A DNA stretch of 64,000 bases, from positions 62,001 to 126,000 of IMG/VR virus record IMGVR_UViG_3300022868_000009; one strand, given 5' to 3'. Below the pieces are notes generated by a model that did not search any database, had not been told where the DNA came from, and saw nothing but the letters and a program-made list of their open reading frames with translations. Made by a program: the position numbers and the translations under genes. Positions within the stretch are counted from its first letter, which is position 1. Each line of letters starts with the position of its first letter. Below, in pieces: positions 42,387 through 51,852 of this stretch.

Positions 42387-42935
42387 TTATTTAAATTTAT
42401 CTTCAATTATTTCATTTCTAAACTTTCTCCAAAAATCATATATTTTTGGTTTATCTTCATGTTTTTTAGGATCTAATTCATTCACAAATTCTTCAAAAGG
42501 AATAATAATATGATCTTTACCTATATAATGTAAATTGACTGTATCTAATTCTTTAATATCAGGATTAATTTTTAATTTGTATTTTCTTTTGACTTCCTTA
42601 TATTTTTTAATTTCACTTTCTAACTCTTTAATATCATCCTCTTTAGATATAATGTCAATATCTATATTTTTAATATCATTTTCTAATCTAGTTTTAACTT
42701 TAGGATCACCCCAACCTTTTGTATTCTTATCAATAATTTTAAAATCATTTTTTAATGTATTCATTATAGTATGATAATAACCATAAATTTTAAGTTTATC
42801 ATAAACATCCATATTATCAATTTCTCTATAACAGTTCTCAACCCACTCATGTTCACCCCAATCTTTACCTATGAGTTTAACATCATAATTTTTCATTTTT
42901 TCATTTAACTCTGAATATCTCTTAATTTTGATCAT
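42387..42935 (-). CDS. Hypothetical protein
   Basis: ORF with tag-like start MIKIKRYSELNE. Confidence 0.6.
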   Translation of the reverse strand: MIKIKRYSELNEKMKNYDVKLIGKDWGEHEWVENCYREIDNMDVYDKLKIYGYYHTIMNTLKNDFKIIDKNTKGWGDPKVKTRLENDIKNIDIDIISKEDDIKELESEIKKYKEVKRKYKLKINPDIKELDTVNLHYIGKDHIIIPFEEFVNELDPKKHEDKPKIYDFWRKFRNEIIEDKFK

Positions 42936-42974
42936 TATCGCGTATTTGTATTTTTATGCCAAATTTAATTTTCT

Positions 42975-43913
42975 CTATTTTGCATTTGCATTTTTTCCTT
43001 TATAACCCATTGGTATTCCACTACTATAATCACCATTCATAACTTTAATTGAAGTTAATAAAAGATTAAATTCTTCTTTATTTCTCACAATTTTAGTAAT
43101 TGATGGAACTAACCATGGACTAATATCTTTAATACTCCAACCATCATTTAACCAAATAAACATATTCATATTTGCATAAGCTGTTAATTCAGCTTCACCC
43201 CATGTACCCATTCCAGCACCAGCGTTAGTTGAAATTAAATTAGTATCACACTGCATAATTATTCTTCTATCAGGACTTGTCATTGTAGCATTTCCTGTTT
43301 TTTGCCAATAATTCCAAAGTTCATCTTCTTCAGAACCTGGTTCCATTTCATTAAATCCACCAGATTTCCAAGTATCTAAAGCTTTTTTGAAATCACCTTT
43401 AAATCTTACTAATTCATTTCTCATTGGATTAAGAACAAGTGGTTTTGGAAATTTAGATTTATCAATTTTACCAGTTTTACCAAGTTTTATAATATCTTCA
43501 CCAGTGACAACATGATCCATTCCGAAAAAGTTTTCAGTATCTTCTCTCCAGTGTTTAACTTCTGAATCTGGTTTTGTTTTATCAATACCACCACCTAAGT
43601 AAATACCTTCTACTGATTTAATATTTGAAAAATCAGTAGGGTCTACAATATTTAATATATCTACTTTTTTATCAATTTCTTTTTCATTCAAGTTAATCAA
43701 CCAATTCAAAGCCTTCTTATTTAACCATGTTTTAAATTTATCAAATAAATCTGTAAAAACATTTTCATTTAATTGTTCTGTAACAGGCAAAGATCTAAGA
43801 GTTTCTTTCAATTCTCTTCTAGCCATTAATGGCATACTAAGAATCTGATCCATATATTCATCATCTATACTCTCATTTAACTGATAAAAATTATCAAATC
43901 TTTTTATTTTCAT
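42975..43913 (-). CDS. Nucleoside 2-deoxyribosyltransferase/dNMP glycosidase-like protein (paralogue of 45441)
   Basis: IYLGGGID...WR...LNPMR...DRRIIMQCD...GMGTWGE. Confidence 0.55.
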   Translation of the reverse strand: MKIKRFDNFYQLNESIDDEYMDQILSMPLMARRELKETLRSLPVTEQLNENVFTDLFDKFKTWLNKKALNWLINLNEKEIDKKVDILNIVDPTDFSNIKSVEGIYLGGGIDKTKPDSEVKHWREDTENFFGMDHVVTGEDIIKLGKTGKIDKSKFPKPLVLNPMRNELVRFKGDFKKALDTWKSGGFNEMEPGSEEDELWNYWQKTGNATMTSPDRRIIMQCDTNLISTNAGAGMGTWGEAELTAYANMNMFIWLNDGWSIKDISPWLVPSITKIVRNKEEFNLLLTSIKVMNGDYSSGIPMGYKGKNANAK

Positions 43914-43928
43914 TATTTGTCTTTTTTC

Positions 43929-44732
43929 TTAATAACCTTCTCCAGTTGTTTCTAAACCATTTAATGTATCAACTGATTGCCATCCCATTCCAAATCTATC
44001 AACATACTGACCAAACGTTGTTATATCATTCATATCTCTTACTCCACCAGATGCTTTAATCTTCATATTTTTAGATAGTAAGTTGGGATTATCTTGAATA
44101 ACATCATGCATAATTTTAACTTTATTAATCTCTGCACCAACTGGCACTTTACCAGTGGATGTTTTAATAAAGTCTGCGCCAGCTTCTAAACAAGCCAAAG
44201 TTGCAACTATTGTTTGTTTTTCAGTCAATAAACCTGATTCAACAATAACTTTAAGTGTAATTGGTTCCCCATCTTTATTATCATTTTCATGACAAATATC
44301 AACCAATGATTCAATTTCTTCAACTAATATGTCAAATTTTTCCATTGGTAAATCACCATCATTATCAGTATCTACCCACTCTTTTTTAAGAAATTTATAA
44401 TTTATAACCATATCAACTTCATCAGCACCATCTTTAATTGTCTCTTTTGTTTCTGATTCTTTGTGTTCTAATGTATAAACTCCTTCTGGAAAAGAAATTA
44501 CAGTACATACTAAAACATCTGAATCAGCTAAAATTTCAGCTGCAATAGAAACATGTTTTGGCATAACACAAACAGATTTAACACCAAAATCTTGTGCTTT
44601 TTCACATAATTCAATAATATCTTCATCAGAAGCATCATTATCAAGTAATGTATAATCTATCATCGGATTATATTTATCCATGTTATTAACATTTTCATTA
44701 ATTGAGTTGATAAATTTTTTGTAGTTTTTCAT
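43929..44732 (-). CDS. deoC: Deoxyribose-phosphate aldolase (paralogue 2)
   Basis: IDYTLL, SVCVMP, CTVISFPEG, GADEVDMVIN, LKVIVESG, GADFIKTSTG, IKASGGVR. Confidence 0.93.
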   Translation of the reverse strand: MKNYKKFINSINENVNNMDKYNPMIDYTLLDNDASDEDIIELCEKAQDFGVKSVCVMPKHVSIAAEILADSDVLVCTVISFPEGVYTLEHKESETKETIKDGADEVDMVINYKFLKKEWVDTDNDGDLPMEKFDILVEEIESLVDICHENDNKDGEPITLKVIVESGLLTEKQTIVATLACLEAGADFIKTSTGKVPVGAEINKVKIMHDVIQDNPNLLSKNMKIKASGGVRDMNDITTFGQYVDRFGMGWQSVDTLNGLETTGEGY

Positions 44733-44747
44733 TATATATTTTATTTT

Positions 44748-45191
44748 TTATATTAATCCTATACTTTTTGCATTTTTGTTTGCATCTTCACCAAGTTCTT
44801 TATGCATTTCTATATCTTTAAGAAGATCATCATTTGATTTTGGTATTCTACTTTTTTTAACTTGATCAACACATATATTATATATCTTTTTAACTTTCTG
44901 TCTTGACACATTTAAATCTCTATTATTATATTTAAAAGATACGTCCCATGTTCTATTTTGCCATCTTTCATAATGCATAACAACTCTCATACCAAAGACA
45001 TTAAAATAATAAGTTCCATATCCTACAATTTCTTCTTCAGTATACGGTTCTTTATAATTAAAATCACAATGATCTATTTTAAAAGTACCACCGTTAAATT
45101 GTTTTTTAATTTCTTGATATATTTCATCAAGTATAACATCATCATTTACTAGTGGTTTACCAAAACCTTCATATGTCTTTAAATATCTCAT
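44748..45191 (-). CDS. Hypothetical protein with MRYLKTYE start and KSIGLI end
   Basis: ORF; shared terminal motifs. Confidence 0.6.
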   Translation of the reverse strand: MRYLKTYEGFGKPLVNDDVILDEIYQEIKKQFNGGTFKIDHCDFNYKEPYTEEEIVGYGTYYFNVFGMRVVMHYERWQNRTWDVSFKYNNRDLNVSRQKVKKIYNICVDQVKKSRIPKSNDDLLKDIEMHKELGEDANKNAKSIGLI

Positions 45192-45439
45192 ATATATGTT
45201 ATTATTGCACTTATTATATCTTTATTTATATATTTCTTAACTTCGTATTTTTTCCTATATTTTATTATATCCTTCATCAAATAATCAATTGCTGACTCAC
45301 ATCTAAAAAATATTTCAACATAATATCTATCATGCCAATATTTTAATTCATATAAATCATTAGTAAATCCAACATCATATAAATAATTCTCAATCTCCCA
45401 TTTTAATGAAGTAGAATCTATATATATCGTTGTTTCCAT
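45188..45439 (-). CDS. Hypothetical protein
   Basis: ORF in operon. Confidence 0.5.
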   Translation of the reverse strand: METTIYIDSTSLKWEIENYLYDVGFTNDLYELKYWHDRYYVEIFFRCESAIDYLMKDIIKYRKKYEVKKYINKDIISAIITYI

Positions 45440-45440
45440 A

Positions 45441-46358
45441 TTATTGATTTTGTTTCTTTATTGCATCCAACAATATTCTTAAATTTTCATCACCAACAAC
45501 CAATTTTGTGATAGAACCCATTAACCATGGAGATATATCTTGTACTCTTTTTTCTCCTTGATTAAATTCTTCAGATTGAATCCACATAAATGTATTTATT
45601 TGTCTCATTGGTGTCATTTGCAATTCACCTTGTGTTCCTGAACCAGCAACATTATCAAATTTAACTAAATTAGTATCACAAATATTTAATACTCTTAAAT
45701 CATATGCAACAACTTTTCTATTAAAAAAATCACCAAGTTTTTGAAAATCTTCTGATATAGTCATATCATCCATTTGACCTGTTTTCCACATTGTATAAAG
45801 TCTTTGATATTCTTCATCATCTCGAATAACTTCATTTCTTAAAGGATTTAAAATTAGAGGATTTTTATAATCAGATTCATTCAACTTACCAGTAATACTC
45901 AAATTAATTAAATCAGGACTGTAAATAATATGAGGATTTTCACCATTAACATCATAATGTCCTTCTGACGTTCCACCAAAATATTTTTCTACATATGATC
46001 TCCAATCATCTTTTCCAACAGGAGCTTTATCAATACCACCACCTAAATATAGTTTAGTAACTGGTTTAAAACAATCACTCAAATCTGATATATCTATCAT
46101 ATTAAGAACTTTTAATTTCTTTGTTAATTCTCTTTCATTTCTATTAATTAACCATTTCCATGCTCTTCTAGATAAATAATCATTAAATTGATTCCATAAT
46201 CCAGAAAATAGAGATTCATTAACAGATTCATCAACTGATTGTAATATTATATTTTTAAGTTCTTTGATTTTATTTATAGGTAATCCTGCACTTAGAATAT
46301 CATACATATATATCTCACCCTGATTAGATTCATTAATAAATTCACCATATTTTTTCAT
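45441..46358 (-). CDS. Nucleoside 2-deoxyribosyltransferase/dNMP glycosidase-like protein
   Basis: LYLGGGID...WR...LNPLR...DLRVLNICD...GSGTQGE. Confidence 0.55.
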   Translation of the reverse strand: MKKYGEFINESNQGEIYMYDILSAGLPINKIKELKNIILQSVDESVNESLFSGLWNQFNDYLSRRAWKWLINRNERELTKKLKVLNMIDISDLSDCFKPVTKLYLGGGIDKAPVGKDDWRSYVEKYFGGTSEGHYDVNGENPHIIYSPDLINLSITGKLNESDYKNPLILNPLRNEVIRDDEEYQRLYTMWKTGQMDDMTISEDFQKLGDFFNRKVVAYDLRVLNICDTNLVKFDNVAGSGTQGELQMTPMRQINTFMWIQSEEFNQGEKRVQDISPWLMGSITKLVVGDENLRILLDAIKKQNQ

Positions 46359-46415
46359 TCTAAGTTGATAATTTTATCTTATATATTAAATATATAAAAT
46401 AAAAAATTATCCTCA

Positions 46416-46961
46416 ATGATAACTAATTTTAAAAATTTCATAATTGAAAATAATTTACCAAAAGGTACATGGGTTAAAGCCACTGAAGATGAACTTGACG
46501 AATATAATGATGAAATTCTAGATATGATTAATAAAACATACAATTACTTAGGAGGATATCCAGGAATTGATACACCAGATGATATTAACTTCAATAAAGC
46601 AGATGAATGGGAAATTATAGATTTAACTGGTGATGATGAACCAGATGCGGTCTCAGCTGATAAAATAAAACTACATGGTAAAAAATATACACTCGGAGCC
46701 AATGATGGTGAAAAACAATCAAAGATAGAATATATACAAATGATGATTGATAGGTTACATAAACCTGGCAATTATGTAGAATGTTCATATAAACTAGCCA
46801 ATTTCTTAATAAAAAATAATGCACCTATTGTAACAGACAAAAAAAATATAGAAAAAATATTAAGCAAAGAAGTAAAAATGGTGAATAATGGTTGGTATGA
46901 AAGAGAAATAAATGGAAAACGTAAACTTAATATATTATTAGGTAAACCTCTTGTAAAATAA
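46416..46961 (+). CDS. Hypothetical phage protein
   Basis: 181 aa ORF with tag-like start MITNFKNFIIE. Confidence 0.6.
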   Translation: MITNFKNFIIENNLPKGTWVKATEDELDEYNDEILDMINKTYNYLGGYPGIDTPDDINFNKADEWEIIDLTGDDEPDAVSADKIKLHGKKYTLGANDGEKQSKIEYIQMMIDRLHKPGNYVECSYKLANFLIKNNAPIVTDKKNIEKILSKEVKMVNNGWYEREINGKRKLNILLGKPLVK

Positions 46962-47031
46962 TTTGTTTTACTTGAAAATTTTTTGTACTTTTATTTATAA
47001 GAAAGTTTTAGATTTTAAAAATATTAAAGAA

Positions 47032-47559
47032 ATGGATTATTTGAAAACATATACAGAAAAACAAGAAGACAAACCAACCTATAAAATATATGTAGATTTA
47101 GATGGTGTGTTATGTGATTTTAATGGAAGATTTAAGAAAGATATAGATCAAATAGGACCAGAAAAATACATAAAAAAATATGGAGTAACTAAAATGTGGC
47201 AAGAAATCGAAAAACGTGGTATAGAACATTGGAGTAACATGGATTGGATGTCTGATGGTAAAAAATTATGGAAATTTATTACAGAAAATTTTAACGATAT
47301 AGAAATATTAACTGGTTCACCTTGGGGTAAAGCTGGTCAATATGCTCACAAAGGTAAAGATATTTGGTGTAAAAGAGAACTAGGTAATATTAAAGTCAAT
47401 CATAAATCAAGTAAACAAAAATATAAATTTGCTTCTGAAAATCACATATTAATTGATGATATGAAAAGAAATACTGATATGTGGAAAGATGCTGATGGTA
47501 TTGCAATAAATCATAAATCTACCAATAAAACAATTAAAATATTAAAAAAATATATTTAA
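47032..47559 (+). CDS. HAD-family 5'(3')-deoxyribonucleotidase-like protein
   Basis: IYVDLDGVLCDF, ILTGSP, K..W, ILIDD, W..ADGIAI. Confidence 0.8.
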   Translation: MDYLKTYTEKQEDKPTYKIYVDLDGVLCDFNGRFKKDIDQIGPEKYIKKYGVTKMWQEIEKRGIEHWSNMDWMSDGKKLWKFITENFNDIEILTGSPWGKAGQYAHKGKDIWCKRELGNIKVNHKSSKQKYKFASENHILIDDMKRNTDMWKDADGIAINHKSTNKTIKILKKYI

Positions 47560-47562
47560 TTG

Positions 47563-48759
47563 TTAAAACTTCTTCCATTTAATTTTATCCAAATAAAGTC
47601 GATCAAATTCATCTTTTGAAAAAAACTTATCTAACTTTAATTTCCCATATATATTTGGATTCTTGGCTTTTATTACTAATTCATTCAAATCTGTTATATC
47701 ATCAAATGTTTTCTTAGCTTTATATTTATCTGATTTCCCTTCAATTATTTTATCTATTAATTTATTCCATAAAAACACACCATATCCTCTATTCAACATT
47801 TTCAAAGCTTTAGAAACACCTTTAGAGTCTCTATCATAAAAGAATTTTAAATCTAACCCCTCATCTGCCTCTGTTAAGAAATTTAACAAATCATTATCAT
47901 TATTAGCTCCTACCAAACCTATAGAATTAGGATAGAATAGACTATCTAGAAAACCTTCAAATATAGTTACAGTATTTTCAAAATTAACATTTAATATGTT
48001 ATAAAAGTGAGATATTTTATTATAAGAAATAGCTTCAGATTCATCTAACATTTTACCTGGATTCATATAGTTATACAACTCTTCAAATTCAACAATTTTA
48101 TAAAATCTCTTATCAGCGTCTTTTTCTAAATTACGCAACTGAATACCTAACAATTTTTCATTATTTCTATTTAACAAAATCATCACAGGACTTTTAAATA
48201 CGACTTTACCATCTCTCATTTTACGGTATAGTCCTTGATAAATATGTTCGTGGTTGTGTATTTGTCTAGTATATTTCAAATATTGATATACGTGTGAATT
48301 AGTTTGTACGGGTTTAATATCTATTAACCAACTATTTTTACGATTATTCATATATTTAACCCATTCTTCAATATCAATAAGTTTATCTAATACTGTATAA
48401 TTATATTCGGTTCGATTATACTTTGTACATTGATCAATATGTTTATAAATTTTAATCTTTTCATCCATATCAATTTCTATATTAAATAATTCACATAACT
48501 TTACAAAAGACATTCTTTCGTCGCAGTTGAAACAAATATATCTTAGACTATCTAGGTATAAATTTCCTCTTTTCTTACTAGCAACTTTTTCGCTATCTCC
48601 ACAGATTGGACAAGCAAAATTAAGTCTACTGGGATTAGAATGATTTGGAAATCTCTTTATTTTTTGTTTTTGTGTTAATTTGTGTTCTTTGTCTAGAATG
48701 TCTTGTATTTTACTTTCAATACTTTCTAAATTAACACCAATATCTTTTTTTTCTGCCAT
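47563..48759 (-). CDS. T4 gp61-like DNA primase
   Basis: NFACPICGDS...KKRG...CFNC zinc finger; TOPRIM IFEGFLDSLF, FFYDRD, DLNE. Confidence 0.85.
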   Translation of the reverse strand: MAEKKDIGVNLESIESKIQDILDKEHKLTQKQKIKRFPNHSNPSRLNFACPICGDSEKVASKKRGNLYLDSLRYICFNCDERMSFVKLCELFNIEIDMDEKIKIYKHIDQCTKYNRTEYNYTVLDKLIDIEEWVKYMNNRKNSWLIDIKPVQTNSHVYQYLKYTRQIHNHEHIYQGLYRKMRDGKVVFKSPVMILLNRNNEKLLGIQLRNLEKDADKRFYKIVEFEELYNYMNPGKMLDESEAISYNKISHFYNILNVNFENTVTIFEGFLDSLFYPNSIGLVGANNDNDLLNFLTEADEGLDLKFFYDRDSKGVSKALKMLNRGYGVFLWNKLIDKIIEGKSDKYKAKKTFDDITDLNELVIKAKNPNIYGKLKLDKFFSKDEFDRLYLDKIKWKKF

Positions 48760-48944
48760 AATAAATTTTAAAATTAAACTTTTTAGATCATTATATTTAT
48801 AATGTATAAATAATGAAGTTTAAAAAATTAATATTATGTTAAAAAGTCTAATCTATGGTGCTGCTATCGTGTCAACAATTGTAACCATACTAATAATCAA
48901 TAAAGTAGAGTCAAATTCATATAAAAAAGGTCTTGAAGATAAAA

Positions 48945-49187
48945 ATGAAAAAAGATGATATAAAAATAAAAATATCAGAACTTAATAAAATATTTGAAAA
49001 TGCTCAGAAAGAAATAGAATATATTAAAAGTATATGTATTCACGAAGATTATAAAATATCATTACATAACTTTGGACAATTTGAAATTGTACAAAGAGTT
49101 TGTATATATTGTGGCAAATCACTCGGTGATCCAAATGATAAAGAATTAGATAATTGGAAAAAATATAATTTGGCACAAAATTTGTAA
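48945..49187 (+). CDS. Small hypothetical protein with CxH...CxxC
   Basis: ICIHED...VCIYCGK. Confidence 0.5.
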   Translation: MKKDDIKIKISELNKIFENAQKEIEYIKSICIHEDYKISLHNFGQFEIVQRVCIYCGKSLGDPNDKELDNWKKYNLAQNL

Positions 49188-49205
49188 TATTAACTGTAAA
49201 AAGTT

Positions 49206-49535
49206 ATGAAATTCTTTTACCTAATATTACTATTTTTACTATCCCTCACAATTTCCGCACAAAAAATTTACAAAGTTGATTATAAATATGATGCAGATAT
49301 AAAAGTATATGTTGCTGATTATAAATATGATGCAGATTTGATTGTTTATATCGTAGATTATAAATATGATGCAAATAAAGATGGTTTATGGTATTTCGTA
49401 AATTATAAATATGATGCAGATAAGACAATTTATTTTGTAGATTATAAATACGATGCAAATTTAATAATTTACTTCTGTGATTATAAGTATGATGTAGGTT
49501 GGAAAAATAAATCTAAAATACATTTATTAAGATAA
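49206..49535 (+). CDS. Secreted repeat protein (DUF6150-like)
   Basis: Signal peptide then six VDYKYDAD-type repeats. Confidence 0.65.
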   Translation: MKFFYLILLFLLSLTISAQKIYKVDYKYDADIKVYVADYKYDADLIVYIVDYKYDANKDGLWYFVNYKYDADKTIYFVDYKYDANLIIYFCDYKYDVGWKNKSKIHLLR

Positions 49536-49547
49536 ATATATAATTTA

Positions 49548-49751
49548 ATGAAATGGGATAAATTTATTGATGATACTTTCCAACTTAAAGAATGGGATTA
49601 TATAGATCCTAAAATAATAAATTACATTAAAGATAATTTTTTGACACTTAATAAAGATAATGTTAAAAAGTTACATCTTCCCAAAAAATTAACACACCAT
49701 ATTTCAATTAGATTAGAATATTTAGAAGAATTTTCTAATATTAGACCTTAA
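49548..49751 (+). CDS. Hypothetical protein
   Basis: Short ORF after AATATATA motif. Confidence 0.4.
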   Translation: MKWDKFIDDTFQLKEWDYIDPKIINYIKDNFLTLNKDNVKKLHLPKKLTHHISIRLEYLEEFSNIRP

Positions 49752-50119
49752 TTAATATTCTCAAAGAATTCTTTAACAGGTAATAATATATAACGTGTGC
49801 GCGCGCATGCGTATATAAAAAAATTTTTCAAAAGATTAAAATTTTTAAAAATTTTATTTCATTAATATTATCTTTAACGGTAATACTTATTTTCCTAAGA
49901 ATAAAGAATTTTCAACTTATTGAATTTTTTAGTATAATTAGTATAATCTTTTAATTTTAGAAAAAAGTGACTTTTTAAGTCAAATATATAATTTTCACAC
50001 TTTTATAAATTTTTAAAATTTTTAAACTTTTTAAAATTTTGAAAGTACAAGAAAATAGATTACGAAAAAATAATATTTTTTTAAAGATTTTTCGAAATCA
50101 AAACGTTCTTTAAAATATT

Positions 50120-51050
50120 GTAAAATATAGTCTGTGCTTGGGCAGACGTTCATCTTCGGATGGAGCAGATAAAACATCGTAAGGTGTCGAAAGAGAGGAA
50201 GGTCACTTATTCTCGCCAATAGTCTTCGGATTATGGTCAATCTAAGCAAGTCTCATTTTTGTCTTGACCAACAAGACAGCCTCAATAGAAAGGGGATAAG
50301 ATGAAACAACGTGAGTAACGATCTTTGGTAAGAATAAGATGGCTCAATTGCCCGCAAGGGGAACAAAAGTTATCAAATATAGAATGGGGACATTCCAATA
50401 TCGTTTAATCCACTCATTAAGTGTTCGTTGATAGATAAGAGATAGAATAGTAGTTCGAATGTGGAAAGTTAGAGCATTATTCAGTTTCAAAGGTGTTGAA
50501 AGATGTCTTAACAAACGGCACAGTAAGTCCTCCGGGCTGAAACGCATACGAAGGGTCGTATTTTGTAAGGTGAAACTTATGAATCGGTGGACAGGCACTT
50601 TGTGGTGATATCATTTTTTATTAGCTCACAATGGTAGAGCAGTAGTATTCTAACTAAAGGTAGATGGTTCAATTCCATCATAAAAAAAGCAAAGTCCCTG
50701 TCCGTCTGTTAAGTAAAGGTGCTTAAAACTTTACACTTCGGTGAATAAAGTGGATTCAAAGCTCGCAAGGTAGAGAATCTTTGATACAGTAGCCTCAACT
50801 TTTAACCCTAGCAGGTTATTAACGCCACGATAGTGGTGAGTGTACGCAAAATATCGAGTAACTTAATAGTACTAGTGATGTAACCACATAAAAAGTTACA
50901 GTACAGCTGGTGTACATAGTTGCCTTTCGAGGGATTATGTGGACAATTCAGGAACGAAGAATAGCAACTCTTTGATAATCTGAAGAAAGCAAAACATATA
51001 ATAAACTGTGTGTTTTACCAGTATGACAGTTTTTAGTCTCAAAATTGTTT
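50120..51050 (+). ncRNA. Large ornate ncRNA, GOLLD-like (boundaries approximate)
   Basis: No credible ORF; GC-richer than flanks; UUCG/GCAA hairpins at 50151-50162, 50219-50234, 50351-50360, 50734-50743, 50923-50932; embedded tRNA-like element; terminal stem with AGUCUC loop at 51026-51048; next to tRNA genes. Confidence 0.6.
50615..50687 (+). pseudogene. tRNA-like element inside the large ncRNA (all-AU acceptor stem, 6-nt anticodon loop)
   Basis: TTTTTAT/ATAAAAA acceptor, GCTC/GAGC D-stem, GATGG-TTCAATT-CCATC T-arm. Confidence 0.75.
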
Positions 51051-51450
51051 CTCTATCAAGATAAAAACCTTGACGTGGTGATAGAGCTTTAAACTAATAT
51101 TTATCAAATGTGAAAAAAGTAGTAGAAATTAAAAGACGCAACACGCAGCCCGTTCTCTGCGCTACTTCACAAAAATGTGAACGATAAAAATCTTCACATT
51201 TAAATACACCAAGAATAACACCATCACTGTAGCCCTAAAGGAGTGATGTTGTCGCATAAAAACGATTAGTGTTAGTGTGTGTTTGAGAAGACGACGGGGG
51301 ATTTCACAAAAGTAACATGAATCAAGTAGTGTGAAATAAGAAATTCCTCCAAGTTTTCTCGGAAAATTTTTTTATGCAAGAAATAATTTGTATATTGTCA
51401 AAAATAGAGAATAAATATTTAATATATAAAAAATAGTAAAAACAGAAACA

Positions 51451-51537
51451 ATGAATAATACTTTTAAACATAATAGTTCATCTTTTCATAAGTGGTTTAG
51501 CCGCTTCGGATCGGGAATGTTATGCCTTAAAAGTTAA
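51451..51537 (+). CDS. Putative attenuator leader peptide 1 (MNNTFKHNSSSFHKWFSRFGSGMLCLKS)
   Basis: 28-codon ORF ~30 nt after TAATATATA motif; overlaps antiterminator strand; F/H/W codons match downstream tRNAs. Confidence 0.7.
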   Translation: MNNTFKHNSSSFHKWFSRFGSGMLCLKS

Positions 51538-51566
51538 GATTAAAAAATATTAATCAACAAAGGGAC

Positions 51567-51604
51567 AAACTCGATTCTAACAAGATTCGGGTTTTTTGTT
51601 TTTT
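51567..51604 (+). terminator. Intrinsic terminator upstream of tRNA-His/Trp/Phe (attenuator)
   Basis: AAACTCGATTCT-AACA-AGATTCGGGTTT then T-tract. Confidence 0.8.
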
Positions 51605-51626
51605 ATAAACGTTCTTAAAAATATAT

Positions 51627-51702
51627 GGTGGTTATAGTGTTAGTGGTAGCACGGCAGGTTGTGGTTCTGTTAGGATGGATTCAAATTCCATTAATCACCC
51701 CA
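51627..51702 (+). tRNA. tRNA-His(GTG), encoded G-1 and CCA
   Basis: Cloverleaf; GCAGG-TTGTGGT-TCTGT anticodon arm. Confidence 0.92.
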
Positions 51703-51712
51703 AATTTAACAC

Positions 51713-51783
51713 AGGTCTATAGTGTAACGGTAGCATAAGTGATTCCAAACCACTTGGTCCGGGTTCAAATCCTGGTAGGCCTG
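51713..51783 (+). tRNA. tRNA-Trp(CCA)
   Basis: AGGTCTA/TAGGCCT acceptor; TTCCAAA loop; CCGGG-TTCAAAT-CCTGG. Confidence 0.92.
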
Positions 51784-51852
51784 CGAGAAGTTTAAATATG
51801 GTTAAATGAAGGATGGTTAAAAGGTAGAAAAATGAAATATTAATACAAATTT

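Noticed and set aside
49260-49500. CRISPR-like repeats (gattataaatatgatgca)
   Set aside because: They encode in-frame DYKYDA protein repeats in a signal-peptide ORF.
50615-50687. Amber suppressor or Arg(TCT) tRNA
   Set aside because: The anticodon loop is 6 nt and its register is ambiguous; the acceptor is all-AU with no CCA, so no anticodon can be assigned.
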